A DNA stretch of 64,000 nt from the human T2T-CHM13v2.0 reference genome, Homo sapiens (GCF_009914755.1 NC_060943.1), one strand, 5' to 3'; shown: positions 43,959-59,149, numbered from the stretch's first letter. The notes: generated by a model from the letters alone, not told the origin. A program made the numbers and translations.

Positions 43959-44836
43959 ACTTGTGGGTATTTTTTTAAACTTTTGTTTGTGGACCTAGTT
44001 TCGTTTGCTCTTTTCAAAATAATTAGTAATATGGAAATTAAGCATCTTATTACTATACTCACATGGTTGGACTAAAATTTTGAGAAAATATATTTTTTCC
44101 TACTTATCAACATTGAAAATGTACAATATCTCTCTACTCACCCTTATGTAAAATGATAAATTCTGTGAACGTCTTATGTAAAATGATAATTCTGTGTACC
44201 CTCTTAATACCATACACTCTGTATTCTCAATCTTAGTTGATATATATGGAATTTAAATATTTCCACTAAATAACTTATTTTTCGCCTTTGCCATAAACTC
44301 CATAGTCATATTTAACACAATTATCCTGAATAAATATTGTTTCCTTTTTAGTGCTTTGTGCCATTTCATTTTCACTACATCTTCCCATTTCTTGAGTTCT
44401 GTATTATTTATATGCCCTTCATTCAGCTGGAGCATTTCTTTGAGTTTTTTTAAATGAAGGGCACGTGGGTGGTATACTTCCTAAGTACTTTCATATTTCA
44501 AAATCTTCAAGGTTGTCTCAGGAATGATAGTCTGAGAGGATGTAAAATTGTGTTTTCAATTAAAAATAACCTCTTATTATTACAAAGGCAGTATATGTAC
44601 ACAGTAGAAAATTAGAAAATATAGGTAAGTAAAAGTAAGATAATAAAACCACCATATTTCCACTACTAAAGAGATTACCACTGTTAACACTCAGATGATG
44701 TCCTCTCAGATCTATTGCTATGCACATAGATGTGCATTTTATCAAAGTAAGATTATACTGTGTACATTGTTTTGCAACGTGCTTTTATTCAATAAATAAA
44801 TGTCTACTTGTCCATGGCATTAAACTGTAATATCAT

Positions 44837-45200
44837 TGATATGGTTTGGCTGTGTCCTGACACAAATCTCATCTTGAATTGTAGCTTCCATAATTCCCAC
44901 GTGTTGGGGGAGGGATCTGGTGGGGGATAATTGAATCATGGGAGTGGTTTCCCCCATACAGTTCTTATGGCACTGAATAAGTCTCATGAAATCTGATGGT
45001 TTTATAAGGGGTTTCCTTTTTCACTTGGCTCCCATTCTCTCTCTTGCCTGCTGCCATGTAAAATGTGCCTTTTGCCTTCTGCCATGATTGTGAGGCTTCC
45101 CCAGCCACATGGAACTGTGAGTCCTTTAAATCTGTCTTCCTTTATAAATTACTCAGTCTCGTGTGTGTCTTTATCAGCAGTGTGAGAATGGACTAATACG
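44837..45200 (+). mobile_element. THE1C-like MaLR solo LTR (follows a reverse L1ME 3' end at ~44560-44830)
   Basis: tgatatggtttggctgtgtcc...gagaatggactaatac; TSD atcat/accat. Confidence 0.93.
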
Positions 45201-45929
45201 ACCATTAAATGCCCAAGCTGTACTCAAATTTCCCCAATTGTCTTTTAAAGTGAGTTTGCCCAAAATAGATGCAATCTGGGTGGCTATTCCCTTATTTTAT
45301 GTCAATCTGGAACAAGCCCTTTTTCACGATGATGGTTGTTGAAAAGAGTGGGACAAATGCTCATCTTCTAGATTTTTCTACTCAGCTCTTTCTGTACCAT
45401 TATTGAGAAGCAATCATCTTTCTGCAAATCTCTATATTCTGCCTGGCCTCCTGTCATTTAGCATTGCAGAAGCAAATTCAGATAGCAACTTAATTTCTGC
45501 CCCTTCTTCCTGACTTGTATTGTCTACTCTTGAACTTCAAAAATGTCATGGAGCACTATCTCCATGGGGAGCTGTTCATTAATTATGACTGGTTCTCAGG
45601 TAGTCAGTGAGCTTTCATCTAAAAGCTAAAGTTTTTATTGAGCTCAAATACTTTTTTTTGTTTTTTTGGTCTGCTCTGCTATTTCCTTCTGGAATTTCTA
45701 GCGCATGTGATTTGAATTTTCTGGACTTACCTCCTGAGCTTGTCTCCTTCCTGTTCTTTGATTCATTTTCATCTCTTTTCTCTGAGTTATAAGAAAGCAT
45801 CTTCCAGTTCATGGATCTGGGAATGAACACAAGGGTGGAATTCTCAGTGTTAACACATGACTCAAGGGCACGGGTATTAGCAACTCCAAGCAGCATCCGT
45901 TGAGTTCTTCCCTGAATCAGGTTCTAGTC

Positions 45930-46105
45930 TGCACACTGCAAGGATCATCTCAATCAATCATCACATCAAACCTATTAGGCGAGGATTCTCACTAAACCCA
46001 TTTTACAGATGATGAAACTGAGACACCTAGGGGATACATAACTTGCCCAATTACATGGCTAATAAGTAGTCAGCCTGGGATTCAAACCCAGGCTTCTCCT
46101 CGCTC
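45930..46105 (-). mobile_element. MIR
   Basis: cccattttacagatgatgaaactgag...aacttgcccaa...ctgggattcaaacccagg. Confidence 0.8.
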
Positions 46106-46729
46106 TCTGCACTGCTGGGAACCTGGATTGGTCCCACCCTGCCTGTCTCACAGCCCTATTGCCCCCACCCCTTGTTAGTGGGCTCCTACTTAACTCCTTT
46201 CCAGGTAAATTGTTCATATGAATGCTGCCAATGATGGACAGGCACATCACTGGTCTGCCGCTTTGAGCTCTACATTTCATAGAAATGTTGTCAAACTGTT
46301 GTGATGTGGCTGGCTACCTTCCCTGATTTCCAGTGTGGACACAGATTTTCCCCTATATACATTCCCTTGGATATTTCCATGGAAAACCTCATGCTTAGTG
46401 TACCTTTAGAGGTTTCTTTATCTCCCCTACCAAAATGCAAGCCAGCATGACCATTCATTCCTATTCCCCATCACTCTCATTTATCCTCTTTGGTTTTGCA
46501 AGAAATTGACCCATGTAATGCATTCATTGTGGCCTTGCCTCACAGCCCAGCACCATACTGTCCAAGTGAAATGCCCTTTCCCTCATCCTCCCCATTGAAA
46601 ATCCTTATCAACCTTCCATGGGCAGCTCAAATGCCAACTGGCCCTTAAAGCGCTCCTTCACCCCATTCCATGTCCTGTGTCCTCTCCTTCCTCAGATGTC
46701 CCTTAGGAACCTCTACTCCCCAGTGGCCT

Positions 46730-47175
46730 GCTCTCAGTCAGGATCCCAGCACCAAACAGATGGTGCATCCCAGGGAAGATAATCCAGAGAGAGTTTATGC
46801 ACAAAGGGGTAGACTACAAAGTGATAAGTGTCTGTTGTCTGGACCTAACAGAAAGAGAGAAGAAGTCGTCCCCGGGGCCTGGAAGGAGAGAATCCTGCAT
46901 TGTTTTGAGAATGGCAGAGACTTTCAGTCCAGGGAGAAACTACCCCAAGGCCATTGCAGAGGGAGAGAGACTCATCCGATGAAATACTCTCACCTCAGTC
47001 CCTCTCTTCCTCCCTCCAGGCTCTTGCCATGGTTCCCCTTTGTCAGAAAACAACCAGAGGGCATGTGGCCCAGCACCCCTTGATATAATCATGCACATCA
47101 GCCACCTGGGGCTGAGAACAGGGAGGAGAAAGGAAAGGGGTGAGTGCTGACAGGCAAAGGAAGGTATCAGCTACA
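46730..47175 (-). mobile_element. Ancient ERVL-class LTR (LTR41-like)
   Basis: cagtcaggatcccagcaccaaacagatgg...gagagagttta start and ggcaaaggaaggtatcagctaca end resemble my recollection of reverse LTR41. Confidence 0.45.
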
Positions 47176-47981
47176 GACTCTGCCACTTGCATTGTTCATG
47201 GTAATCATTTACATCTTAACTTTCCCTCCAGCTCTTGAGGGTGGGCAATATGGCTCTGCATTTCAGTACCCCAGTGTCTAGCACGGCAGTGGGTATGCAG
47301 CCTGAGCTCAGTGAAGTTGCTTCCTCACTCATGAGGAAGCAGTCACGTTATGACTTCCTCATTTGCTTTGTTATTCTAGAGGTGGAAAAGGGTGGCCTGA
47401 GTCATCTTAACTCCATTCTTGTGGGATTGTGAATTCTGTGGGATTGGGGGGTTGGGGGATTCTGGTGAGGCCGTGGACAGATTCTTTGCAACATGTATGC
47501 CTGGCCCTTTCGATGTGAAACCCTGCAGCTGGCGTCACCTGTGTTGCATTCTGAATGGGTGAGCCAACCCAGGCTCCACCATCTGTACCAGGCACAGGGA
47601 GCACCAGCAACCAGCCACTGCCTTGTGTCATCCTTGTATTCCTTCATCAATCGATGTGTTCGTTCATTTGTTAAGCACTCATTCAGCAGCTACTACATAC
47701 AGCAAGGGTTCCAAACCCATATGGCATCATGGGAAACCATTCCCCACTCTTCTGGTAACAAATCTCACACATAATCCAGGCCTAATAGTGCTCATGAGAA
47801 GGTGAGAGAATGGGAACAAGAGGGAAAGGGATGGGCCTGAAGGAGCACAGCTAATAAGCAGCAAAGCACAGCTTGAGAGCTAAGTACACGCTAGCACACT
47901 GCCCAGACACACATCTCAGGGCCCCTGGAATAAAGGTGACTGTGTTCACATCAGAGTGAATGTGTTAATGAGAAGAAAGAG

Positions 47982-48637
47982 GGCCTGGCACAGCAACTCA
48001 CTGTTCTAATCAAAGCACTTTGGGAGGCTGAGGTGGAAGGATCACTTGAGCCCAGGAGTTCAAGACCAGCCTGGGCAACATAGCAAGATCCTTGTCTCTA
48101 TAAAAACCTCCAAAAATTAGCTGAGCACACTGGCATGTGCCTTGTAGTCCCAGTGACTCAGGAGGCTCAGGCAGCAGGATCACTTATCAAGTGAGGTTGA
48201 AGCTGCAGTGAGTCGTGATTGCCTGCCACCTGGGGTGATCATATAATTTGTTGTGTCAACTGGACCACTTTACAGACAGAGAGGTGTGTGGTTATACCAC
48301 GAAAACAAGCATTTACCTTCACTGACCCAGACCAGTCAGTGTGTATGGCCACCCTACCAGAAGCGCCAGGCATACATGTTGCAAAGAATCTGTCCATGGC
48401 CCCACCAGAATCCCATAATCAATGGGAACACCAAGAAGGAAGTTAAGATGACTCAGGCCACCCTCTTCCACCTCTAAAATAACACACACAGAAAAATGTC
48501 ATATCATGACTGCTCCGTCTCTCAACGCAACCTCACTCAGTCCAGGCAGCACACCCACCCACCACCATGTTAGGCACTGAGTACAGACACTTCAGCCTGG
48601 GCGACAAAGTGAGACACTGCCTCTAAAAAAAATAAAA
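47982..48637 (+). mobile_element. AluJ split by a ~365-bp foreign insert (48223-48587)
   Basis: Alu runs to gcagtgagtcgtgattgc, then resumes cacttcagcctgggcgacaaagtgagac and an A-tail at 48588. Confidence 0.92.
48232..48355 (+). mobile_element. MER94-like hAT-Blackjack MITE (copy inside the Alu insert)
   Basis: TIR-like ends gggtgatcatataattt and gtatggccaccct. Confidence 0.6.
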
Positions 48638-48700
48638 GAGAGAGAGGAAAGAAGTCCTCCATTCTGGTGTTCGTGCATGGCCCCTGTAAGACTGGATAAC

Positions 48701-49193
<493 letters not shown>

Positions 49194-49622
49194 CTACATT
49201 TTTTCCCAAGGAAAAACTCTCTCCAAACAAAGGGTGAAAGAGAATCATTGTTTACTTATGCTCCATTCTTCTTAATTTCTGATATTCTTTTAGACAACTG
49301 CCAAGTCCATGCAGAAACAGCTCTTCTGATGTAATAAATGTAGACTTTGATCTGACACTCACCAAAGCCATTCTGAAGAATTTCAGAGCAGAACAACTTG
49401 AGCAACAAGTCATAAAATAGATGTGAGCCTTGACTTTATTTTTTTTAATTTACCAATAAACTAGGTCTCAAGAGTTAAAATGAGCTTTTTTTCCCCAGAA
49501 GTAAACACTTGTACACACTTTAAGTGACATTTTTTATAACATTCCTTTTTTTTTAGGATGAGCATAGAGTTAATACCCAGGAGCAAACGCATCACTGTTA
49601 CTGTCCTTAGAACATGTGCTGA

Positions 49623-50006
<384 letters not shown>

Positions 50007-50053
50007 TAGGGTTTCCAAGTCACCTGGGCCAATGCCTAAAATGCCTGCCACTT

Positions 50054-50179
50054 GAGGTGCATATAATTTATTGTGCCAACCAGGCCACTTTGCAGATGGA
50101 GAGGGGTGTTATTCACCAGGAAAACAAGCATTTACCTTGAATAGCCCAGACCAGTCAGCGTGTTCCACCATCCCACCCT
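50054..50179 (+). mobile_element. MER94-like MITE, paralog of 48232-48355
   Basis: gaggtgcatataatttattgtgccaacc...gaaaacaagcatttacctt...caccct. Confidence 0.55.
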
Positions 50180-50759
50180 GAAAAAAAGATGGCTACATCA
50201 GCGTTGTGTGTATTTCCACCAACCTGGTGGAGACCTCTTTATTCAGGGTAATGATACAGGAAAAAGGGCAGGGAGCGGTGTCCTGTGTGGGCCAGCAGTA
50301 GCCTCAGGTCCCCCCACTCCAGGGAAAGCAGAGCAATTGCAGAGTCCCAGAGACTGTGCCTGGGACCCCCACATGTGGGAAGACCCACCCATATTCCCTG
50401 GCATTCATCACTCGGTCAGTTTCCCCAAACACTGACCCAAAACCCACTCTTGCAACAATATTTATGAGCATACTTTCTCTCTCTCTTGCTTTTTGACATC
50501 AATTAAATGAAGTATTGGCTGCAACTAGTTTGTCCAGCAGTTTCTATGTCAGCGAATGATCTGGGTAAGGAGATGACTGGATAACTCTTCACCTTCATTT
50601 TCAGCTGAGAAAATGCCAGTTTACCATACGGGTCACATTCCTGGGGCCCTTGGCTAGGAAAGAGTGGCTCCATTTTGCACACCTCCCACTGTTTCTCAGT
50701 GTCTACAATGCTCAAATATGTGCAAAGGAGTAGCACTGTTATTCACATCATAATGGATA

Positions 50760-50960
50760 CTAACAATAGTAGCTATTACGCGTGAAGCACCCATACTGGA
50801 CCAAGCTTTGTACCAGGCACTTACTTATAACACTCTCATACCCCGATAATGAAGGTATATCAATCTCCAGCCTACAGAGAAGGACACTGAGGTTCAGAGA
50901 GGCTAACTGTCTTGCTCAAGGTCACACAGCTCAGCAGTGCTGGTGTTGACATCCCCCAGA
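50760..50960 (-). mobile_element. MIR
   Basis: actgaggttcagagaggctaactgtcttgctcaaggtcacacagct. Confidence 0.8.
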
Positions 50961-52012
50961 ATCTGCCAAAAGGTGAGAAATTTCAAGTCACACATTTGCC
51001 TTTAAAAATCAGTTTGCCTCCCAAGTAGCCTTGCAGATCACTGCTATTGGTGACCAGACTTTATGCAGGAGACGAGAAAACAGGTTTATGTCTTTCTCTG
51101 TCCCTGAACATTGGGGAGTGAGTTGGTAAAGAGCATGTACCCTAAAGAGTACAGCGTTTTTGTTCTGCCATCAATGAGTGTGCTCTTTAAAATATCCCAT
51201 TTATTCACCAACATGGTGCTGGATAGGTCAAAATGCAAAACTAAGAAAGACAGCACAGGAACAATATATTTTTAGTGCCTTTTAATTGAAGTAATAATGA
51301 GAATTGTATCCACAGCATGCTCCAGCAGGTTTGCAAGATGTAGGTGCTCTGCCTAGATCCTCTGTGGACACTGCATACCTGAGGGCTAGACACGTTCTGA
51401 TCATGCCTGCTAAGCCCCAAATCACAAAGGTTCCCCAAGTACCAGCAACTTGGAGGAAACCCTGGGAAGAACCTGGCTGACATCCTTAGCAGAATTTTCT
51501 GGGTTCCAACAACTGGGTTAGCAGAATTTTCTGGGTTTCTCTATTTCCCTTCCATTCCTCCTCTCTGAATGAGAGATCCTACAGAGTGAATATTTAAGGC
51601 TGATGTTTTCCACCCAGTGTGCTCCTGCAGCTTAGAAATGGACATCACGGCTTGAAAGACCAGGGAAAATAAACATAGGGCCGAATTGAGTGAGTCCTGG
51701 CGTGAGTCAACATGGATGCCCCATCCTCCCATTCTGAGCACAAAGGGTGCTTAAAACTTTAATGAATTGAACTCTATGAGTAAGGGATGTTAATCATTTT
51801 AATTACCCAGCAGCTTGAAATCAGATATAACAGTCCAATAATGTATCTTTAAACGAATACCACCCTGCCCTATAAAAAATCCCTTCCAAACCATTCTAAT
51901 AATTTCTATTTATCTTTTCTGACGTTAACTGTTATCCAGCCCAGCCGGCCAACAGACAGCCTTCCCCTCACATTTGGTTTAAATGCAATGCCGTCTAGTT
52001 TTTCAATACCAT

Positions 52013-52030
52013 TAGCGTCCCCCTGGTGGG
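52013..52030 (-). promoter_or_regulatory. Candidate CTCF site
   Basis: Minus strand CCCACCAGGGGGACGCTA versus consensus CCACCAGGGGGCGCTA, in unique sequence; motif evidence only. Confidence 0.45.
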
Positions 52031-54642
52031 CAGAGAGCAAGGCAGTGGCACCGGTCACACTTCACTGCTTTATCTCATATGACAAAGAGCGATGATACGC
52101 TTCAATCCAGGCCAGCCCGGCAGAGGGAAGGTGGCCACACAGAACTCCCCTTGCTGCCGAGAAACGCCCTCTGTGTGACTTACTAACAGCATGAAGGGGC
52201 AGACAAATAGATTTTCCTCTATATTTATAACCAGCATCATTCTTCCTTTCAGGGCGTTCAGTGCAGGTAGCTGTTTTATATGAAATGAACAATCTTTATA
52301 GACGTACCAGAGCCATAACAAGCCTGATTTTCAGCGAAGCTGAGGTATATAACTCTTACCGAATTGTCAGGCTGCTTGCTCAACAAATCAAGCCTAACTT
52401 ATGATGTTTGCAGTGTAATTTTTATTCCTGTTTGACTAGCCAACTACCCAGTGGTAATAGGATGTTAGGAAGGGCAGTGGCGATGTTTGTGCATGCCGTG
52501 ATTGATAGGCCGACTCGGCATTTTTCATTTATATCTCCAGATTCCAAATCAGTTAAGTTTAGGAAAAATGAAACAAAGTGGCAAGAAAAATGTTTGCAGA
52601 TTGCAGACCGGCGCTCCTGCCGATCTGAGTTCAGCCCACATCTGCCGGGATTGTCTGGAAACATTAAGATATCTAAATGAAAATCAATACTATATGTGCC
52701 AGGCATTTACTACCAGGAACAAGCATCAAGAGACCTGAGCTAATCAGACTTCCAGCTTGTGCCTCAGCCCTAGACTGAACCCCAGGGGTGTCCTAATTGC
52801 CCAGACTAATCATAGAAGAGTTAAATTTATAACCAAGAAAGACATCTTGTTTTTCTTACCAGTCATCATTTAGGAGCGGAAAGGCTCACCTGTGAAGTGG
52901 GTGCCAGATGTACAGTGGGAGCCCCCATTCAAGAGAGGATGGCTTCTCACCTGTCAGGGGAAAGGAAAGACAAATTTACTGTCAGCAGTAAAACCAGTCA
53001 GGCTCATTGAAGCCCCAGGTGGGAGAGTATTCCATCAGCTCAAACACGCACTGCAGTTCTCCTCATTGAAACTCTCCCCACTTAACCCCCATGTTCTGGA
53101 ACATGAAAGCCCCTTGCACACTTTGATCCATGGCCTGGTTTTTATTTTAAGGAAACCGCTCAGAAAAGCAGCTGGCATCAGTGACATTAAAAATATATGT
53201 ATCTGTTTCTCCCTGAGTTCCACTCTGTGCTTTTTTGTCCCTTGGAGTCTCCAGAGGAGCTAATAACACTTGGCGACATGTATCTCCCTAATATACTGTA
53301 CAAACAAGTCACTGATATTATTCACACTCCAACAAACTACAAAGTCACACAATAGCAATTGGACGAGCCCACACTATACTGCTGAAAAACCATAATGTAT
53401 CAGGGGACTGGATTCCTAATATTTGCATTCTAGATGCCAACTGTGAGCATATTTTGTACTATTTTCAACAAATTACACCAAAATATGCAAAATGTTTATA
53501 AGGCTCCATCTTCTATTTTTGGCTCCGATATATTTGCAACTTAATAGTCCTTTAGAGATTTGTTTGTCTCCTTGGGAGAAACAGGAAAGTGGGAAATGAA
53601 AAAAGCAGAAAGAGAGAGGGAGAAGAGAAAAGAAACGAAGACACTTTGTTCACGCAAGTTGAGTTCTGCGAGTTTTTCGTAAAGAGCGGAGCCACTCTCC
53701 CTGGAGACCTTCTTCGACAAGAAATTTAATAACATTATTTGGATTCCTTGTGTCCCAGATTTCAGATGTATTTTTAATGCATGTGTCTTGAAACAAAACA
53801 ACCATTGTCAAATGCTGTATCCTCTTCTCACCAGTTTAAATGGCTTCCTAGACAGCACGATTCTGGGAGCATCTTGAAAGTGGTGATCAATGAAAAACTG
53901 CGCCTTGCTCTCTGTGGCTTCCCAAGGATGTTCACCCCTTACCACAGAAGGTTGTCAGCTCTCTTCCCAGGAAAGGTGTCTCTGGTCCTTGTGATGTGAA
54001 CGATGACAGCCTCTTGCCTTCTGTTCCATCATTATTGCCTCCACGCTCTAGCAACTGGGTGCAGGCACACATCTGTCTTTCTTGTCTTCAACCCTGTGAT
54101 ATCACCATCCCTGACTGCACTGTGCCTGTGTAGGATTAGGGCTGATCTGTTCAGCAGAATCCAGGATAGGGGAGATTAAAATGTACATGGGTTGAAGAGG
54201 GCAGCAGTTTTCCTGATGCTGGATTACACAGCCAAGTTGAAAACTTTTCAATCCAGCTTCTCCCACTGGAAAAGGTGTCAGACAAAAAACTAATTTTTTT
54301 CTAACGTTATGCCTAATGAACTTAACCCAGCTTAACCTAGAGATTGGGCCTCATGCCCTTGGTTCCTAGAACCAGTTTTCCTAACAAGACTGAAGCTTCA
54401 GCCGAATTCATTACTTACTCAGAATGAATAAAGCCAGAGGAAAAGATATTTCATGAACAAATCTGTGTTCTTAGCTGGGCTTCAAGGTAAAAAAAAAACA
54501 AGTGAAAAAGAGTGCCTGGCTTCCCATGTCTTTGTACACACAGCAGGCCCTCAAAATGCATGTGTAGGTTGGATAAACCAACACATGGTGGATGAACTGG
54601 GAAGTCACTTGAGTTGGACGTACACTCAAAAAAAGGTAAAGA

Positions 54643-55010
<368 letters not shown>

Positions 55011-58000
55011 TCAGGACACATCAGGCTTCAGGCTTTCCTCTAGGAACACTCCACTGCTCTGCACACCAAGCTTGGAATCAGAGGCAGCCAGACCTTGATT
55101 TGCCCCCAGGACAAAAGCCAACAGCCTACGGCTGCTGGGCAGGATGACTTCAAACTCATTCCTCAGCCAAACAGGGCCTCTCAGGAAAGCAGGCTTGACA
55201 AAGCTAGGTGTGGCTCTCAACTCAGGGGAGCTGAAGCCTTCACAAGCCCTACGTCCTGTGTCCCAGCTCCACAGTCCTCATGGGACCTGCTCCTGTGGTC
55301 AGGCTCACGTGCACAGTGGTTGCTGTGAAATAGCCTGTGTGGTGAGAAAACTCCTGGGGTCTCAGCTAGAAACGCTGACTGGGGTTGCAGCTTTTCCAGC
55401 TGTGTTGATGGCCAGGCTGGGAAGCCTGCTAGAGGCCAGGGAGCAAGGCAGGGCCACCCAGACAAAACAGTCAGTGGAGATCTCACCCAGGGAGCCCAGA
55501 CAATTCACAACAGAAACAGAGCTGCTGCTTCCTGAGGGCTTTCCACGTGCCAAGCACTATTCCTGGAGTTGTGTGTATTTTAACTTGATCAATCTTCAAA
55601 ATGGCCCGGCAGGTGGACCCTATTATTAGCCCACAGGGGAGATGAGTAACTTAGCTGCAGTCACAAATTGCTGAGGGACAAAATCAGGGTCTTGTCCCTG
55701 TAGTCAGGTGTGGAGTCCATGCATTTTGCAGAAGGAAGTCTCCGGGGGGGCTCAGGAACAGAGGCCCTGCCTAAGTAGGTAAGATGGCAGAGAGTGGACC
55801 CAAGGTAGAAATCAGATCATATTTATATGATTCATAAGATAAATAATAATACTACCATAAAGCCACACTCAACAAAAAACTTTAATATGGAGGCCAAGCC
55901 AGAGCTGAGCTTCCTTAAGTGAGATCCATAGAAGAAGGAGGCTCAAACGGAAATGCAGTTGAAATAATTATAAGATAATCACTTGGGGGCATTCGGCAGT
56001 GGGACTCACTTGGGCTTTATCCCCCGTTCTGACACTGACCAAAAGAAACAGCAGTCAGTTACCAATGGCTTTGGCTTCGTCTCTGGTATTCCAAAACCCT
56101 GTGCTCTGACTGTCATCTCACAATCAGAAAACCAGAAAGACAGCTGCTTGCCACTCCCAGAGCCTGCCTGCCCAGCGCCCTGGCCTCCTCTGGGACCACC
56201 TGTGCACCCCTACGTCACCATCACAGCCCAGCAGAGTGAAACTTCATCAGCAATATTTTTCACAAGACAGAGGCCACATTTGTAAAGTGACCCTTCTTCT
56301 GCCTTTTGGCTCTAGAAGAGAAAGGGGCGAGAGAGCAGAGGAAGGACGAGGGGATGTTCACCCTGCGGACTGAGTCAGGAGGAGGACGTGACTTGTTTAA
56401 TCCTAATAAATCAGAGCATCCCCGGGAGGTGGAAGCAACAGGGGTTGGTGTGCCAGCCGCGCTGCACATTGACCCAAGGCAGAGCTCGTGGAGAAATGAT
56501 GTCCTCTTAAGCAGACTCCTGGAGAGATGGTCCGCATTTCTCCTGACAAATTAGAAGCGCCGTGAATGCAACCATTCCTCAGAAAATAGGCCTGATTTAG
56601 CAATGCACAAGCTGCATTATCTCGCTGCATAAAAAGACCATTTAAGCAGGGAAGCCTTTAGGACACTGGCCCTTTGGAGAAGCAGTTCTGAAATATTACC
56701 CACCTCGACTGCCACCTAAGCCAGTCACTCCCCAAGGGAAAAGCCACATTTACAACCTAGAAAACCAAGCAGGCTTTAGTCAAAGGAAAGGGTCATTTGT
56801 CTCTGGTATCTGCATGAGATTTCTTGTGCCCCTGTCCTGCTCAAGCCCTCACCTCACCTCCAGTGGCCAAGCCAAGTGGAGAGCTACTGTATGGGGAATA
56901 CCAGTTTCATCCTATCCAAGGTGTGTTGCCCTGTTCATGGCAGCCAGAGCCTTAGCCAACCCGTTGAATACCAGAGCAATTACAAAGCAGATCTGGTGAC
57001 AACAATGCTAAAAAGTTGAAATAATTCATTTGCACAAAGTGTGCATGTTTGAAAACTTTTCATGCAAAGATTACAACCTGTCATTATCTTCCCCAGAGAC
57101 GCACTACCTTCTTAAAAAGTATCTCTAATGAGATCTACAAATCTGTTGAAGACAGCTTACTTTATTGTGTTTGTAAAGATAAAAATGTTTTAAATAGGTT
57201 ATGGCTCCTGGGACTGACAGTCCCACCATGAGGGTAAGGTCATTTTGAAATGTTAATAAAAGTTTTCATAAAATATGACGGCGCTCAAAGAGTAATGTTT
57301 GGATGTAAAAATAACTATAAAAGTATAATTTCTACCAGGGTACACGTGCAGTTTTTCTGTGTCAAGATATTTGCCCAATTTCTCATTTGACTGGGGTTGC
57401 AGCTTTTCCAGCTGTTTTGACGGCCACACTGGGATTCGATCCTTATTAGAGAGGTTTGCAGCAGGCTTTCCGAGGCTTAGCCGGTTATATTAGACTTTCC
57501 CTTGAAGCAAAGTCTTGCACTGCCCTGACCATTATGCAAATACGCAAGCACTCAGCCTAGGATTGTCTCAGCTTGCAGTAGACATCGCTGTCCTCCCACC
57601 ATAGGAGCAAGACAAGCAAGACTGGTAAAATCAGCAGGGAGGGGGACCCTGGGGGCGTAGCCTCATAGCTCCCAGTTCCTGGGCTAGTCAGGGGGAACAT
57701 GCCAAATTGGAAACATTCAGCTGTTTCCTATTCAATGAGCTCCTTCGTATTTGAAGTTAACCAGCCCAAAGGAAATATCTCAGAAGGATTTTCTAGGTGA
57801 TGAGATAACTAATGAGACCAATCCGTCCTCTCTGTTTGCCGGATCCCATTGACTCAAATCAACCCCGATATTTCTATTAAGGCACCTGGGACACGTGGGG
57901 TCCCCCAGGACCCAAGGTTGGGAACAAAACTCCCTGCAGACAGTCAGTTAGGGGAAACTTAAGACATGCTGGAATCAGGGATCATGGATTTGGGACAAGA

Positions 58001-58322
58001 AAGAGATGGCATCAGAGTCCTACCTACAAAGTGTCCTGGTTATGGAACATTCAGCAAACGATTCCTGTCCTCAGCATTATCCAGAATTTTAGGTACTGAT
58101 ACCTAACACATATAATTGTCATGGACATAAGGGGACACACTCCACCTTCTTCATCCTCTTCCCATTCTCCTACACACCCCAAGGAACATTCATCTGAGAC
58201 CCAACAGATTGGCTGCTCTCCTCTCCAATAACTATAACATGCGACATAAATGTGAGGCCCTAAGCACTTCAGGACTATTACCCACAAAACCTGGCCCTGA
58301 CAAATAAAAATGCTTTTGACTG

Positions 58323-58881
58323 TTTGAGCCCAGGAGTTTGAGACCTGGCTGAGCAACATAGGAAGAGCCTGTATTTACAATATAAAAACATATAAACATT
58401 AGGCTGGGTGTGGTGGCTCATGCCTGTAATTCCAGCACTTTGGGATACCAAGGCAGGCAGATCACTTGAGGTCAGCAGGTCGAGGCCAGCCTGGCCAACA
58501 TGGTGAAACCCTGTCCCTACTAAAAATACAAAATATATATATATATATTAGCCAGCATGGTGGTACATGCCTGTAATCCCAGCTACTCAGGAAGCTGAGG
58601 CAGGAGAATAACTTGAATCAAGGAAGCGGAGGTTGTAGTGAGCCGAAATCATGCCACTGCACTCCAGCCTAGATGACAGAGTGATACCCTGTCTCAAAAA
58701 AATAAATAAATAAATAAAAATAAAAATGAATTGGGCATGGTGGCATGCACCTGTAATCCCAGCTACTCGGGAGGCTAAGGTGAGAGGATCACTTGAGCCA
58801 AGGAGGTCAAGGCTGCAGTGAGCCATGATCATAGCACTGCACTCCAGCCTGGATGACAGAGTGAGACCTTGTCTCCAAAAA
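58323..58881 (+). mobile_element. 5'-truncated AluJ split at its A-rich linker by a younger Alu
   Basis: Left-arm end 58323-58400, right arm 58728-58881; outer TSD aaaaat(g/a)cttt. Confidence 0.88.
58402..58726 (+). mobile_element. AluS (Sz-like) nested in the AluJ
   Basis: Full dimer with a (ta)n linker and (aaat)n tail. Confidence 0.95.
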
Positions 58882-59149
58882 TACTTTAGAAAGTATTGGT
58901 TCTGCTCTATCAAGATTCTCTTGAAGCAGGGTAGTAGGATGCCACAGCTCCTGAGCTTGAAGGAATTTGGTTGGCAGGGGGTCAGGGAGGGAGAATCATG
59001 TAAGAAAATGAGGGATGGAAACAAAGTTTGGTTAATGTATCAGGTTCGGGAGAATTGTGATAAAATATTCTGAGATGGTCAGAAAACCCTCTCTGGGGGA
59101 GGTGGCATTGAATAGAGCTATGAATGACAGTCTCATGTAGAAGAACCCC

